Source of the DNA: an uncultured Gemmataceae bacterium
GTDB lineage: Bacteria > Planctomycetota > Planctomycetia > Gemmatales > Gemmataceae
Reading direction: 5' to 3'
Length of the DNA stretch: 64,000 bases
Assembly: GCA_963750165.1 (NCBI GenBank)
Contig: CAVVPN010000011.1
Location: 640,001-704,000, forward strand
In this document: positions 31,856 through 41,355 of the stretch, piece after piece
Layout: each line of letters opens with the position of its first letter
Position numbering within the stretch: the stretch's first letter is position 1
Notes under the pieces: generated by a model
The model's input: the letters and a program-made list of their open reading frames with translations, nothing else
What the model was told of the DNA's origin: nothing
Database searches by the model: none
Translations under genes and position numbers: made by a program

Positions 31856-32671
31856 ATGCCCCTCACCCCCGCGGACTGGCAGTTGCCCGCCGGCGTCGAT
31901 CGCGCCCTGTGGCACTACCTGCACGACGCGGCGCTGGCCCGGTCCTACGACGCCGGCCTGACCGACTGTGGCCTGCTCGCGCTGGACCAGGTATTCGTGC
32001 GCCGCCACTGCGACCCGCCGGGCCGGCTGCTCGACCTGGGCTGCGGCACCGGCCGCGCCGCGATCCCGTTGGCCCGCGCCGGCCATCGGGTGGTCGGCGT
32101 CGATTTGTCGGCGGAGATGCTGCGCGTCGCCGGCGAGCGGGCCGCGGCGGCCGGGGTCGCGCTGGACCGAGTGCAGGCCAACCTGGTCGAGCTGGGCGGC
32201 CTCGACGACCAAACGTTCGATTACGCGGTCTGCCTGTTCAGCACGCTGGGCATGATCACCGGCGCGGCGAATCGGCTGCGGGCGCTGCGGCACGCGCAGC
32301 GGCTGCTGCGGCCCGGTGGCAAACTGGTGCTGCACGTCCACAACCGTTGGTTCCCCTTCTGGGACCCGCAGGGCCGGGCCTGGCTGCTGGGCGACACGCT
32401 GCGCGGCCTGATCGGTCGCGGCGAACCGGGCAACAAGGTCATGCCGGCGCACCAGGGCCAGCTGGGGCTGACGCTGCACGTCTTCACGCGCCGGGAGGTG
32501 CTGCGGCTGGTGCGGTCGGCCGGCTTCGAGGTGCTGGAACTGCGGCCGCTGAGCCTGCGGCCCGACGGCCGGCTGGCGGCGCCGTGGTGGTTCGGCTGGC
32601 TGCGGGCCTACGGCTACCTGCTGGCGGCACGGCGGCCCGAGGGGAGGAACGACAACCATGCTCACCGTTGA
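31856..32671 (+). CDS. Class I SAM-dependent methyltransferase
   Basis: LLDLGCGTGR, GVDLSAEML, FD, LRPGG. Confidence 0.92.
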   Translation: MPLTPADWQLPAGVDRALWHYLHDAALARSYDAGLTDCGLLALDQVFVRRHCDPPGRLLDLGCGTGRAAIPLARAGHRVVGVDLSAEMLRVAGERAAAAGVALDRVQANLVELGGLDDQTFDYAVCLFSTLGMITGAANRLRALRHAQRLLRPGGKLVLHVHNRWFPFWDPQGRAWLLGDTLRGLIGRGEPGNKVMPAHQGQLGLTLHVFTRREVLRLVRSAGFEVLELRPLSLRPDGRLAAPWWFGWLRAYGYLLAARRPEGRNDNHAHR

Positions 32672-33284
32672 ACCGCACCCGCTGCTGGACCTGCGTGCCT
32701 TCGTGACCGAGTTTCCGAAGCCGCTCGGCGAACTGCCGGCGCCGCCGGAGGTGCTGGCGCTGTTGCAGCCCGACGCCGCCGCGCCGCTGTCCAGCGACGA
32801 CGCCGTGCGCGAGGCGGTGCGCGCCCTGCTGCGGCACGGCGGTTTCAAGCCGACCGGCCGCAGCAAGCCCGCGTCGGAATATCTCATCAAGGCGGTGCGT
32901 GACGGCCTGCTGGCGCCGATCAACCTGGCGGTGGACGTGTGCAACGCGGTGTCGCTGCACAGCGGTCTGCCGGTGACGGTCATCGACCTCGACCGCGCCC
33001 GCGCACCGCTGAGAGTGGCCGTGGCGCCGGCCGGGGCGTCCTACGTTTTCAACGCCAGCGGCCAGAGCATCGACCTGGGCGGCCTGCTCTGCCTCGGCGA
33101 CGCCGACGGTCCCTGCGGCAATGCCGTCAAGGATGCCCAGCGCACGAAGACCACGGCAGACACGCGGCGGACGCTCACGGTCCTCTGGGGCACCGTGGCG
33201 CTGCCGGGCCGGGCCGAACAGGCGGAACGGTGGTATCGGTCGCTGCTGGAACAGCATGGCGCCACGACGCAGGCCGTGGACTGA
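32658..33284 (+). CDS. B3/B4 (PheRS-beta editing-like) domain protein
   Basis: FKPTGRSKPASEYL, INLAVDVCNAVSL. Confidence 0.85.
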   Translation: MLTVEPHPLLDLRAFVTEFPKPLGELPAPPEVLALLQPDAAAPLSSDDAVREAVRALLRHGGFKPTGRSKPASEYLIKAVRDGLLAPINLAVDVCNAVSLHSGLPVTVIDLDRARAPLRVAVAPAGASYVFNASGQSIDLGGLLCLGDADGPCGNAVKDAQRTKTTADTRRTLTVLWGTVALPGRAEQAERWYRSLLEQHGATTQAVD

Positions 33285-33608
33285 TGGCGATGGCTCTTCC
33301 CCTCAGGGCCGTTCCCCGGAAGCGGGCTGGGTGGTTTAATAGAGATAGTGCCAGGGAGGGCTTTCGTCTCATATCATCTCACACACACCCTGTTTGCCCC
33401 AGGGGCAGGGCAGACTCCCCACCCGCAACCCAGGACGCCGCACCATCTGGGAAGCCCCACCAAACCAGTGGGAAACAGCGAACAATCCTGCTCCTCCCTT
33501 TTTTTCTTGACCCCCCCTTGCCTTCCGCAATAGGACATGCTAAATAGTTTGTTAGCCTGGCCTAAACACATTGTTCGTCCAAGCTACAAAGATTGCTAGG
33601 AGGCCCGA

Positions 33609-34430
33609 ATGGCGAAGCAGCATCCACGCCGAACCGCCTTCACGTTGATCGAGCTGCTGGTGGTGATCGCGATCATTGCTATCCTGATCGGCCTGCTCCT
33701 GCCCGCCGTCCAGAAGGTGCGCGAGGCGGTGTCGTGCATGCAGTGCAGCAACAACCTCAAGCAGATCGGGGTCGCCTGCCAAAACTTCCACACCACGTTC
33801 CGATACTTTCCGAGCGACAATTCCGCGACCGCCCCCCCGTATCCCTACCCGAACACCTGTTGGATTCTCCAATCGCTGCCTTACTTCGAACAGGGCAACG
33901 TGCAACAGATTGCCCAGGGCGGCAACGGGAATCAACAGGGAAATGGACAGCAGGGGAACGCGGGCGGCACCGCGTCACTCACCCCCGCGAACAACGGCAA
34001 TGTCCTGATCGAGGTCCTGCTCTGCCCCAGTCGCGGCATCCGGGGCAATGGACTCACCGATTACAACTATGTCCAGCAAAGCACCTCGGTTCTCTACGGT
34101 GCGCCGGTGGGGAATTCCCTGACGGTCATCTCCCGCGGCAACGGTTCCTCCAGTACGGTGATGGTGGCACACCTCGCCTGCAATCCCCAGGACTATGCCA
34201 GTGGCCCAACGCCTTGGTATGACTGCATCCAACCTCTGGTTGCGATCAGCGTGTCCGATAGCCAGGTTCAGCAGGGATTGTGGGACCAAACCCTCAGTTC
34301 GCCGCATGCGGGGGGGAACCAGGTGCTGTTTGCGGACGGCCATGTTCAACTGATCAGCAACGAGTGGCTCACTGCCAATCAGAACGTCTGGAACTGGCGA
34401 AACACAAACCCCTTGCAGTTCCCCAATTGA
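33609..34430 (+). CDS. DUF1559 prepilin-type N-terminal cleavage/methylation protein
   Basis: [40 protein letters not shown]9-DG motif ([12 protein letters not shown]). Confidence 0.95.
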   Translation: MAKQHPRRTAFTLIELLVVIAIIAILIGLLLPAVQKVREAVSCMQCSNNLKQIGVACQNFHTTFRYFPSDNSATAPPYPYPNTCWILQSLPYFEQGNVQQIAQGGNGNQQGNGQQGNAGGTASLTPANNGNVLIEVLLCPSRGIRGNGLTDYNYVQQSTSVLYGAPVGNSLTVISRGNGSSSTVMVAHLACNPQDYASGPTPWYDCIQPLVAISVSDSQVQQGLWDQTLSSPHAGGNQVLFADGHVQLISNEWLTANQNVWNWRNTNPLQFPN

Positions 34431-34463
34431 CGCCTGGGGTTGCGGAGAAGCTGAGGAGGTCCC

Positions 34464-35150
34464 ATGTTCAAGTTGGGTCCGATCTGCATGGCTTTGCTGC
34501 TGGCCCTGGCGGTGGGCGGCATCGGTCTGCTGGCACGGCTGGCGGTTCACAACAGGCCGCCTGCAGGCACTGGAAAGCAGACCGCCCGGGTGGCCGGGGA
34601 TGAGCAGGGCACGTCTCCGGCCGGTTCGCTCCGGGAGATGCTGGCGCAGCCCGAGATCATTCCGACGCATCACCACCCGTTGCTGGGCCGGCCGGCCCCC
34701 GACTTTGCGCTCGCCGACGCCGCAGGTCACGTCTGGAACCTTCGGAAGTTGCAGGCCAGCGGCCCGGTCGTGCTGATCTTTTTCTACGGCTACCACTGCA
34801 AGAATTGTGTTCGGCAACTCTTCGCCGCCAACGACCAGCTGCCGCTCTTCCGCGAAGTGGGTGCGCGGGTGCTGGCCATCAGCGCCGACCCACCGGAATG
34901 GACGCGGCAACGGTTTCAGCAGTACGGCTCCTTCGGCTTCCCGATCCTGTCGGACCCGGGGAACCAGGTGGCGCGCGCCTACCAGGTGTTCCGGGCGGAC
35001 CAGCTGCGCCACGGGACTTTTGTCATCGACCGGCAGGGGATGGTTCAGTGGGTCAACGTCGGCGACGCGCCGTTTCGTCGCCCGCCGGCCCTGCTCTACC
35101 AGCTGGCCAGGCTCGAAGGCCGTTTCCCGTTGATTCAGCCCGGCCAGTGA
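34464..35150 (+). CDS. Membrane-anchored AhpC/TSA redoxin
   Basis: APDFAL, CKNC, AISAD, LSDP, TFVIDRQG. Confidence 0.85.
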   Translation: MFKLGPICMALLLALAVGGIGLLARLAVHNRPPAGTGKQTARVAGDEQGTSPAGSLREMLAQPEIIPTHHHPLLGRPAPDFALADAAGHVWNLRKLQASGPVVLIFFYGYHCKNCVRQLFAANDQLPLFREVGARVLAISADPPEWTRQRFQQYGSFGFPILSDPGNQVARAYQVFRADQLRHGTFVIDRQGMVQWVNVGDAPFRRPPALLYQLARLEGRFPLIQPGQ

Positions 35151-35303
35151 GCCGACGGGAACATTGCCTGCAACCGGTTCCTGCGAAATCCATTTGCATA
35201 CTTCCCGGATCGCCCATACAATGCCGAAGCATTTTCCACTTTTTTTTCGTGCAGGCTGTCAACACCGGCGCTCCCTGGCAGGTAAGTCTCCAGGAGGAGT
35301 GAC

Positions 35304-35932
35304 ATGGACCAGGCAAAACCAAATTCCGGCGATACGGAGTGGCTGCTCCAGCAAGCCGAGGCGGGCGACAAGCAGGCCTTTGAGGAGCTGTTCGCGCGCC
35401 ACCGGGCGTACCTCCATCAGGTCGTCGCGCTACGCCTCGGTCGCGTGTCCGGCTGCGCCTCGACGCCTCCGACGTGGTTCAGGAAGCCCAGCTCGACGCC
35501 TTTCGACGCTTCGGCGATTTCCTGGAGCGTCGGCCGATGGCGTTCCGGTTGTGGCTGCGCAAGACGACGTACCAACGGCTGCTGCAGTTGCAGCGTTACC
35601 ATCAGGCGGCCCGGCGCAACGTGGACCGGGAAGTGGGGCTGCCGGACGGCTCCTCCTTCGCCCTGGTGCAGCGGCTCCTCGCGGGCGGTTCGACGCCGAG
35701 CCAGCAGTTTGAACAGGCGGAGAAGGCCCGCCGCATCCGGGAGGCGCTGGCGCACCTTTCGGACGCAGACCGCGAGGTTCTGCTCATGCGCACCCTGGAA
35801 GGGCTTACCAACCAGGAGGTGGCCGAGGTCCTGGAAATCGAACCGGTGGCCGCCAGCCAGCGCTATGGCCGTGCCCTGGTGCGCCTGCGCGCCGTCCTCG
35901 TCAAGACCGGCTTGCTGGAGGCCCAACCATGA
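35304..35932 (+). CDS. ECF sigma-70 factor, frameshifted near 35440
   Basis: GDKQAFEELF, then DASDVVQEA, STPS, LSDADREVL, EVAEVL in the next frame. Confidence 0.85.
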
Positions 35933-38061
35933 ACATCACAACGCCGGACAACGCCTCGTTGGAGGAACTGGTGGGCCGGATCGCCGGCGAATTCACCGAA
36001 CGGGTCAACCGCGGCGAGCGGCCGTCCGTCGGGGACTACGTCGATCAACATGCCCGGGAACATCCGGAACATCCGGACCTGGCGGCGGAGCTGCGCAAGG
36101 CGCTGGAGGTGGCGGAGATGCTGAAACAGCCCGCCGTGGAGGCCGCCCTGGCCGACGGAGACCCCTACATGGCCGCGCCGCTGGGTGATTTCCTGCTGAT
36201 CCGCAAAATCGACAAGGGCGGCATGGGCATCGTCTACGAGGCCCGGCAACTCTCTCTGAAACGGACCGTGGCGGTCAAGGTGCTGCCGGCTGCGGCGACC
36301 CTGGACCCGCGATCACTCCAGCGCTTCAAGATCGAGGTCAAGGCGGCGGCGAGCCTGAACCACGAGCATATTGTGCCGGTCCACTGCATTGGCTGCGAGC
36401 GCGGCATCCATTTTTACGCCATGAAGTGCATTGAGGGCATGTCCCTCGCAGCATTCATCAAGGAGGTGCGGCGCCGGGCGGGCCTGGAGCCGAACGACCC
36501 CGAGCAGACCGCACCGCACCTGCACGCACCCGCGGGGCAGGACACCGCGCCGGCGGCGACACTGACGACCGAGGGCGCGAAGCGCTCCCCGGAGTATTTC
36601 CTCACCGTCGCCCGGCTCGGCCTGGAGGCGGCCCAGGGGCTGGCGCACGCCCACGCGATGGGCGTGCGCCACCGCGACATCAAGCCCGGCAACCTGCTCG
36701 TGGACAACAATGGGAAACTATGGATCACCGATTTTGGCCTGGCCCAGATGCGCAGTGACGCCGCGCAGACGCAGGGCGGCGACGACCCGCTGACGGAGAG
36801 AGGCCAGTTGATCGGCACCGTCCGCTACATGAGCCCCGAGCAGGCCGTGCGCGTCCCCGTGGACGAGCGCTCCGACATCTATTCGCTGGGCGCCACGCTG
36901 TACGAACTGCTAGCGCTGGAGCCGGTCTTCCAGGGCGACGACCGCGATGAGTTGCTACGGCAAATCGTCTCCGAGGACCCTCGGCCGCTGCGCAGCCACA
37001 ACCGCAGCATCCCGCGCGACCTGGAAACCATCGTCCACAAGGCGCTGGCCAAGGCGCCGGCCCGCCGCTACCCCTCGGCGGCGGAGCTGGCCATGGACCT
37101 GCAACGATTTTGGAACAACGAACCGATCAAGGCGCGGCCGGAAGGGCGGTTGCGGTGGCTCGGGCGCAAGGCGCGCCGGCACGCTAACGGCATTTTCCTG
37201 GGGTTGTCGGCCGTCATCACCACGGTGGTCCTGGTCCTCTTCGTGCTGCAAGTGAACCAACCCGCCCCGGAACCCCCAACTCCGCCGGAGGTTCTAGAGG
37301 AACGACGCCAGCAGGCGGCACTTGCGGCCCTCACGAAAGACCTGGACCAGGGAAAGAAGGTCACCTTGATTGGGGCAACAGGACGCCCTGGGTATTTCAA
37401 ATGGCGAACCGACAAGGCCGCCGGCAAGTTCATGTACGCGCCCGATGGGGAGTTCAAGGTGCGGTGTTGGGAACACGGCCTCATCGAACTCCTCCCGGAC
37501 CCGCGCCTCCCGCGCTACCGCTTCCGTGCCGAGGTGCGGCATGAACAACAAACCTTCCAGGAATCCAGGGTGGGCATCTACTTTGGGCACAGCGAGCAAC
37601 CCCACCTTGGGGCGGTTGCGCACTTCCACTGCAACGTCGCGTTCAACGACCTGTTCGATGTGATCATGGTCGATCCGAAGGAGGGCTACAAAGGCAATCT
37701 GGTGGGGCTGCAAGCCCACCGCCAATCCTGGGAGGGACGGGCCCACTACACAAGTCAGGTGTACAAGGCGGACCTGTTTTTCCGCCCGGCAATTCCTGTC
37801 GGTGCGCTGGGCCCCTGGCGCGAGATTGCAGTGGAACTGCGGCCGAACACCATCAAACTCTTTTGGGAAGGAGAGTGCTACGCCACCACGCCACGTGCTG
37901 TTTTGATGAGGGACGCACGTCCCCTGGTTGCGCGGCCAGACCAGGACCTGCCGGCCAATGCGCCCCAGTACCCCCCGCGCGGTGGCCTTGGGCTCTTTGT
38001 CAGCCTGGGAACTGCGTCGTTCCGTAACGTAACCGTCGAACCGATTAGCGAGGACAACTAA
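35929..38061 (+). CDS. Transmembrane Ser/Thr protein kinase
   Basis: GGMGIVY, VAVK, HRDIKPGN, TDFG, YMSPEQ, SDIYSLG; ATGA overlap with the ECF gene. Confidence 0.95.
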   Translation: MNITTPDNASLEELVGRIAGEFTERVNRGERPSVGDYVDQHAREHPEHPDLAAELRKALEVAEMLKQPAVEAALADGDPYMAAPLGDFLLIRKIDKGGMGIVYEARQLSLKRTVAVKVLPAAATLDPRSLQRFKIEVKAAASLNHEHIVPVHCIGCERGIHFYAMKCIEGMSLAAFIKEVRRRAGLEPNDPEQTAPHLHAPAGQDTAPAATLTTEGAKRSPEYFLTVARLGLEAAQGLAHAHAMGVRHRDIKPGNLLVDNNGKLWITDFGLAQMRSDAAQTQGGDDPLTERGQLIGTVRYMSPEQAVRVPVDERSDIYSLGATLYELLALEPVFQGDDRDELLRQIVSEDPRPLRSHNRSIPRDLETIVHKALAKAPARRYPSAAELAMDLQRFWNNEPIKARPEGRLRWLGRKARRHANGIFLGLSAVITTVVLVLFVLQVNQPAPEPPTPPEVLEERRQQAALAALTKDLDQGKKVTLIGATGRPGYFKWRTDKAAGKFMYAPDGEFKVRCWEHGLIELLPDPRLPRYRFRAEVRHEQQTFQESRVGIYFGHSEQPHLGAVAHFHCNVAFNDLFDVIMVDPKEGYKGNLVGLQAHRQSWEGRAHYTSQVYKADLFFRPAIPVGALGPWREIAVELRPNTIKLFWEGECYATTPRAVLMRDARPLVARPDQDLPANAPQYPPRGGLGLFVSLGTASFRNVTVEPISEDN

Positions 38062-38084
38062 CCCTTTCTTGGTGGACCACAACA

Positions 38085-38429
38085 ATGGTGAATGACGACC
38101 TTGAACAGAAACTCCAGCACTACAGCCACAGGTTCCAGCGCTTCGTTATCGCTGGGGCCCTCAACTTCCGGATGCTGAACGGGGTGCAAAACCTTACTTG
38201 TTCTTGCCAAGGCAAGGCCAATCCCGCCCCTATCGTTGCCTGCACTCTCTGGGCCATCGACAGTATGGGAGTTGGTACGGCCGTCGCTTCGCAGTTGGTG
38301 TTCGTGAACGAACAGAATTGGAATGTGTCGTTTAACGCTCCGGGTGACGTTCCTTTTCAAGGAACGTACCTCCTGGTTGTCGACGCGTTCGGCACGGAAG
38401 GGGCCGCCTTTTCTACTGGTACGGCGTAG
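38085..38429 (+). CDS. Hypothetical protein
   Basis: 114 aa lower-GC ORF directly after the kinase. Confidence 0.5.
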   Translation: MVNDDLEQKLQHYSHRFQRFVIAGALNFRMLNGVQNLTCSCQGKANPAPIVACTLWAIDSMGVGTAVASQLVFVNEQNWNVSFNAPGDVPFQGTYLLVVDAFGTEGAAFSTGTA

Positions 38430-38779
38430 GTGCAACCCGCCTATCCCGGCTCGTGATAAAAAACCAACGCCTGGATTAGATTTCCAGCCGAGGTAGGACA
38501 GGAAGTTCTGAACAAAGGCCGGGTCGGCGGCGCGGGCAACCGCTCCGCCGACCCGGCCGCATTTCTTTGATGGCCACCTGGTCTACCACTAAAAAAGCCC
38601 ATTTTGAATTCCAGCTCCCTGTTGATCCGCGAACTGTCAATCTTCACACCTCCCGGCAGGTAGGTATGCGGGTAAGAGTTCAAGGGCCACGCAATCTTCG
38701 CTCCCCGAGAATTCCTGGCCACCGGCCCCGACCGTTCCAGGGCCGAGCAGTCCCGCACACCTCAACCAGGAGAATTCCC

Positions 38780-39271
38780 ATGCGCATCAGCGCGACCGGC
38801 AACCTGATCGTGGAAACCGCGCTCCAGGACGTCCATGTGCTGCGTTTCCTGCGTCCCGATCTGCGGGAATACCTGTGGGACGACGCCGACGCTCCGATGA
38901 GCCCGCTATTCCGCGAGATCCAGGCAACCGCCCTGTCCGACCTGGTGGACGGCTCGGTGCTCATCGTCAACCTGGGCCTGGTCGATCTCATCACCGCGGC
39001 GTTCTACCGCTGCCTGCTCGGCATTCGCGCCGACGTACGTGCGCGCCACGGCCAGCTGGTGCTGTGCGGCCTGAGCCCCCTGCACCGGGAAATTTTCACC
39101 CTCCTGCGGGGGCCGGAGGTTTTCACCAGCGCCCGCACCGAAGTCGAGGCGCTCCGCGTGGCCCGCGCGTGGCTGATCAACCCGCAGACGCCGCGGCGGG
39201 TCAGGTTGAGTGACGCGGTGCCCGATCAACCGGTCCGCGTATCGAGGACAGCGAGGCACGCTTACACCTGA
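38780..39271 (+). CDS. STAS-domain (anti-sigma antagonist-like) protein
   Basis: LIVNLGLVDLITAA, GQLVLCGLSP..REIF; AGGAG RBS. Confidence 0.7.
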   Translation: MRISATGNLIVETALQDVHVLRFLRPDLREYLWDDADAPMSPLFREIQATALSDLVDGSVLIVNLGLVDLITAAFYRCLLGIRADVRARHGQLVLCGLSPLHREIFTLLRGPEVFTSARTEVEALRVARAWLINPQTPRRVRLSDAVPDQPVRVSRTARHAYT

Positions 39272-39582
39272 GCCGGCAGCCGCGCTGAGCCTGATCCGCT
39301 CACCTGGGCTCGCCATATCCGCACAGGGCACGCGCCGGGGCAGGGGGCCGTGGAGCGCCCGACCGGCAGGGGTGGGCCGAATTCCCAGGCTATTTCCAGG
39401 GATTTCAGGCTTCCGCCAGCGCGGCCGGCTCCGGTACAGGGTTTGCTTCCGCCGGTAACCGAGGGAGTGCGAGGAAGGCGTGACCGCCAAATCGGCCGTC
39501 TCACGTCATTGGCCGGGGAGGCCAGGGATTGGGCCTTGTCCTTGACGGCCCTTCCGTAGCACGATCTTTGAGGAGGTGGATC

Positions 39583-39798
39583 ATGACCGAGAATCAATCG
39601 ATGGGCAAAGAACTGGCGAAGGGCGCGGGGCGTTTCCTGAGCCGCAGCGCCGCCGTCGTGGTGGGCGTGCTTCTGATGATCGTGGGGTTGGCAATGGGCG
39701 TCACGGTCGTGATGCTGCCCGTGGGCGTGCCCCTGGGTCTGGTGGGACTGCTCGCTTTCCTCTGGGGCATCTCCGGCTCAGAGACGAAGACGGAGTGA
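39583..39798 (+). CDS. Small two-TM membrane protein
   Basis: AGGAGG RBS, hydrophobic hairpin. Confidence 0.75.
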   Translation: MTENQSMGKELAKGAGRFLSRSAAVVVGVLLMIVGLAMGVTVVMLPVGVPLGLVGLLAFLWGISGSETKTE

Positions 39799-39918
39799 GA
39801 CCGCGCCCAGGCCCGAACGGCGGCGCGGGGCGGGAACGTAGCGCGTTCACCGCCCCGCAAGCGTCCAGGGTCTGGTTCGCGCTGGACTGGCTACGGACGG
39901 GAACAGCGCTGGACTGAA

Positions 39919-40157
39919 TCAGAAGAGCGTTGGATCCCTGGCCGGTTCCCCGAACAGGGCGAAGTACAACACGAACAGGCCCAGCACGAGGAGAAAGACG
40001 CCAATCAGCCGCGTTTTGCGGAGCGCCTCGGGAGTCGGTGGCGGCGCGTCGGCGGGTGGTTTCTCCTCCATTTCCCAGGCCGTCCTCGGCCAGAAGATCA
40101 GGAAGAGGCCTCCGAGCAAAAACGCCGCTGCCCCAAAAAACGGAAAGGCATGGTCCA
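39919..40157 (-). CDS. Small two-TM membrane protein (start uncertain)
   Basis: FLLGGLFLIFWPR..W / RLIGVFLLVLGLFVLYF. Confidence 0.55.
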
Positions 40158-40238
40158 CTCTCGCCTTTGTTGAGCAACCTGGTGCTCGACGAACTCGATC
40201 AGGAATTGACGCGACGGGGTCACCGCTTCCGCCGTTTT
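40152..40238 (+). pseudogene. Fragment of group II intron-type reverse transcriptase
   Basis: GPLSPLLSNLVLDELDQELTRRGHRFRRF, i.e. the RT4-RT5 segment, stopping where YADD would follow. Confidence 0.75.
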
Positions 40239-40512
40239 CAAGAGCATTTGCCAAAAGCTCGTTTATTCGTTGACAGGTCGGCAACCACGGGCTCGCCCCT
40301 CACGCTACGCCATACCTTGAGTCCTGCAGCGTTGGCTCACATGCCGAAAATCAGGGGTTGCCCGAATCCGGGTGGCGGCCCGCCGTGTTGCTGGGGGCAC
40401 TTCCACCAGGGCACCTGGGTTCGCCTCATTCTACCATCGCCGGCGCAGTCAGACTGCAGAACGTGAACGGCACGCGGACAGCCGGCTGTTCCGGTTGTAA
40501 CTGGTGTGCGCT

Positions 40513-40799
40513 TGGAGCGGTTGCCAATGGCGTGGACCACGAACGGCAGCCTGGCGCTGGCAGGGCGCCGATTCTCGACGTATGAAAAAGTTGGCGTCCT
40601 TGGCGTTCTTGCTGTGGCAACCGTCGCCGTTGGTGGTCGCGCCGTGCCAGCCGCACGCGGCCAGGGCGCCAACTCTCGACGTGTGAAAAAGTTGGCCCCC
40701 TTGGCCCCCTTGGCCCCCTTGCTGTGGCAGAGCAGGCCGCTGGTGGTCAGCCCGTGCCAGCCACCCCATGCGTGGGCAAACCGTGTGTGAACCGCTCCA
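40513..40799 (-). mobile_element. Family-2 MITE-like element with two ~105-bp internal units
   Basis: 10-bp terminal inverted repeats TGGAGCGGTT/AACCGCTCCA; colinear homology with 61089-61384. Confidence 0.7.
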
Positions 40800-41289
40800 G
40801 TTGACGCAGCGCCTCGTAGAGCACGATGCCGGCCGCGGTGGCAAGATTGATGCTACGCACCTTGCCGCTGGGCATGGGGATGCACAGGCAGCGCTCGGCG
40901 TGGCGGTGCAGCACGTTCGCCGGCAGACCACGCGACTCGCAGCCGAACAGCAGGCAATCGCCGGGCTGATACGCCACGGTGGTGTACGGGGTCGTGGCGT
41001 GCGCGCTGAGGCAAAAAATCCGTCCGCCCGGCAAGGTCGCCTCGAACTCCTCCAGATTCGCGTGCAACCGACAATCCACGACGGGCCAGAAGTCGCAGCC
41101 GGCGCGGCGCAGGTTGCGGTCGTCCAGGCGAAAGCCCAGACGGCCGATCAGGTGCAGCGGCACCCCGACCGCGGCGCACAGCCGGGCGATGTTGCCGGTG
41201 TTCGGCGGTATCTCCGGTTCAAGCAGCGCAATGTGAAGCAATTCGCTGGGTTTTTCAGGCACCGCCGCGGTTCCACGCTTGTGATCCAT
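40747..41289 (-). CDS. trmL: tRNA (cytidine/uridine-34-2'-O)-methyltransferase (SPOUT); start uncertain
   Basis: EPEIPPNTGNIARLC, RRAGCDFW, LLFGCESRGLP, VRSINLA. Confidence 0.92.
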   Translation of the reverse strand: MDHKRGTAAVPEKPSELLHIALLEPEIPPNTGNIARLCAAVGVPLHLIGRLGFRLDDRNLRRAGCDFWPVVDCRLHANLEEFEATLPGGRIFCLSAHATTPYTTVAYQPGDCLLFGCESRGLPANVLHRHAERCLCIPMPSGKVRSINLATAAGIVLYEALRQLERFTHGLPTHGVAGTG

Positions 41290-41355
41290 CGCCGTCCAAC
41301 TCAAGATTAAAAGGAATGTCCGTCGCCCGCCCCCGTCGCCTGTGGAGTCCTGACC

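Noticed and set aside
28942..31866. 974-aa version of the hybrid kinase
   Set aside because: The N-terminal extension is an R/P/G-rich shadow frame overlapping the HisKA gene; the real start is ATG 30861
38441..38758. Gene or ncRNA between the kinase cluster and the STAS gene
   Set aside because: Only a GC hairpin (about 38517-38557) is evident; no recognisable protein or RNA family
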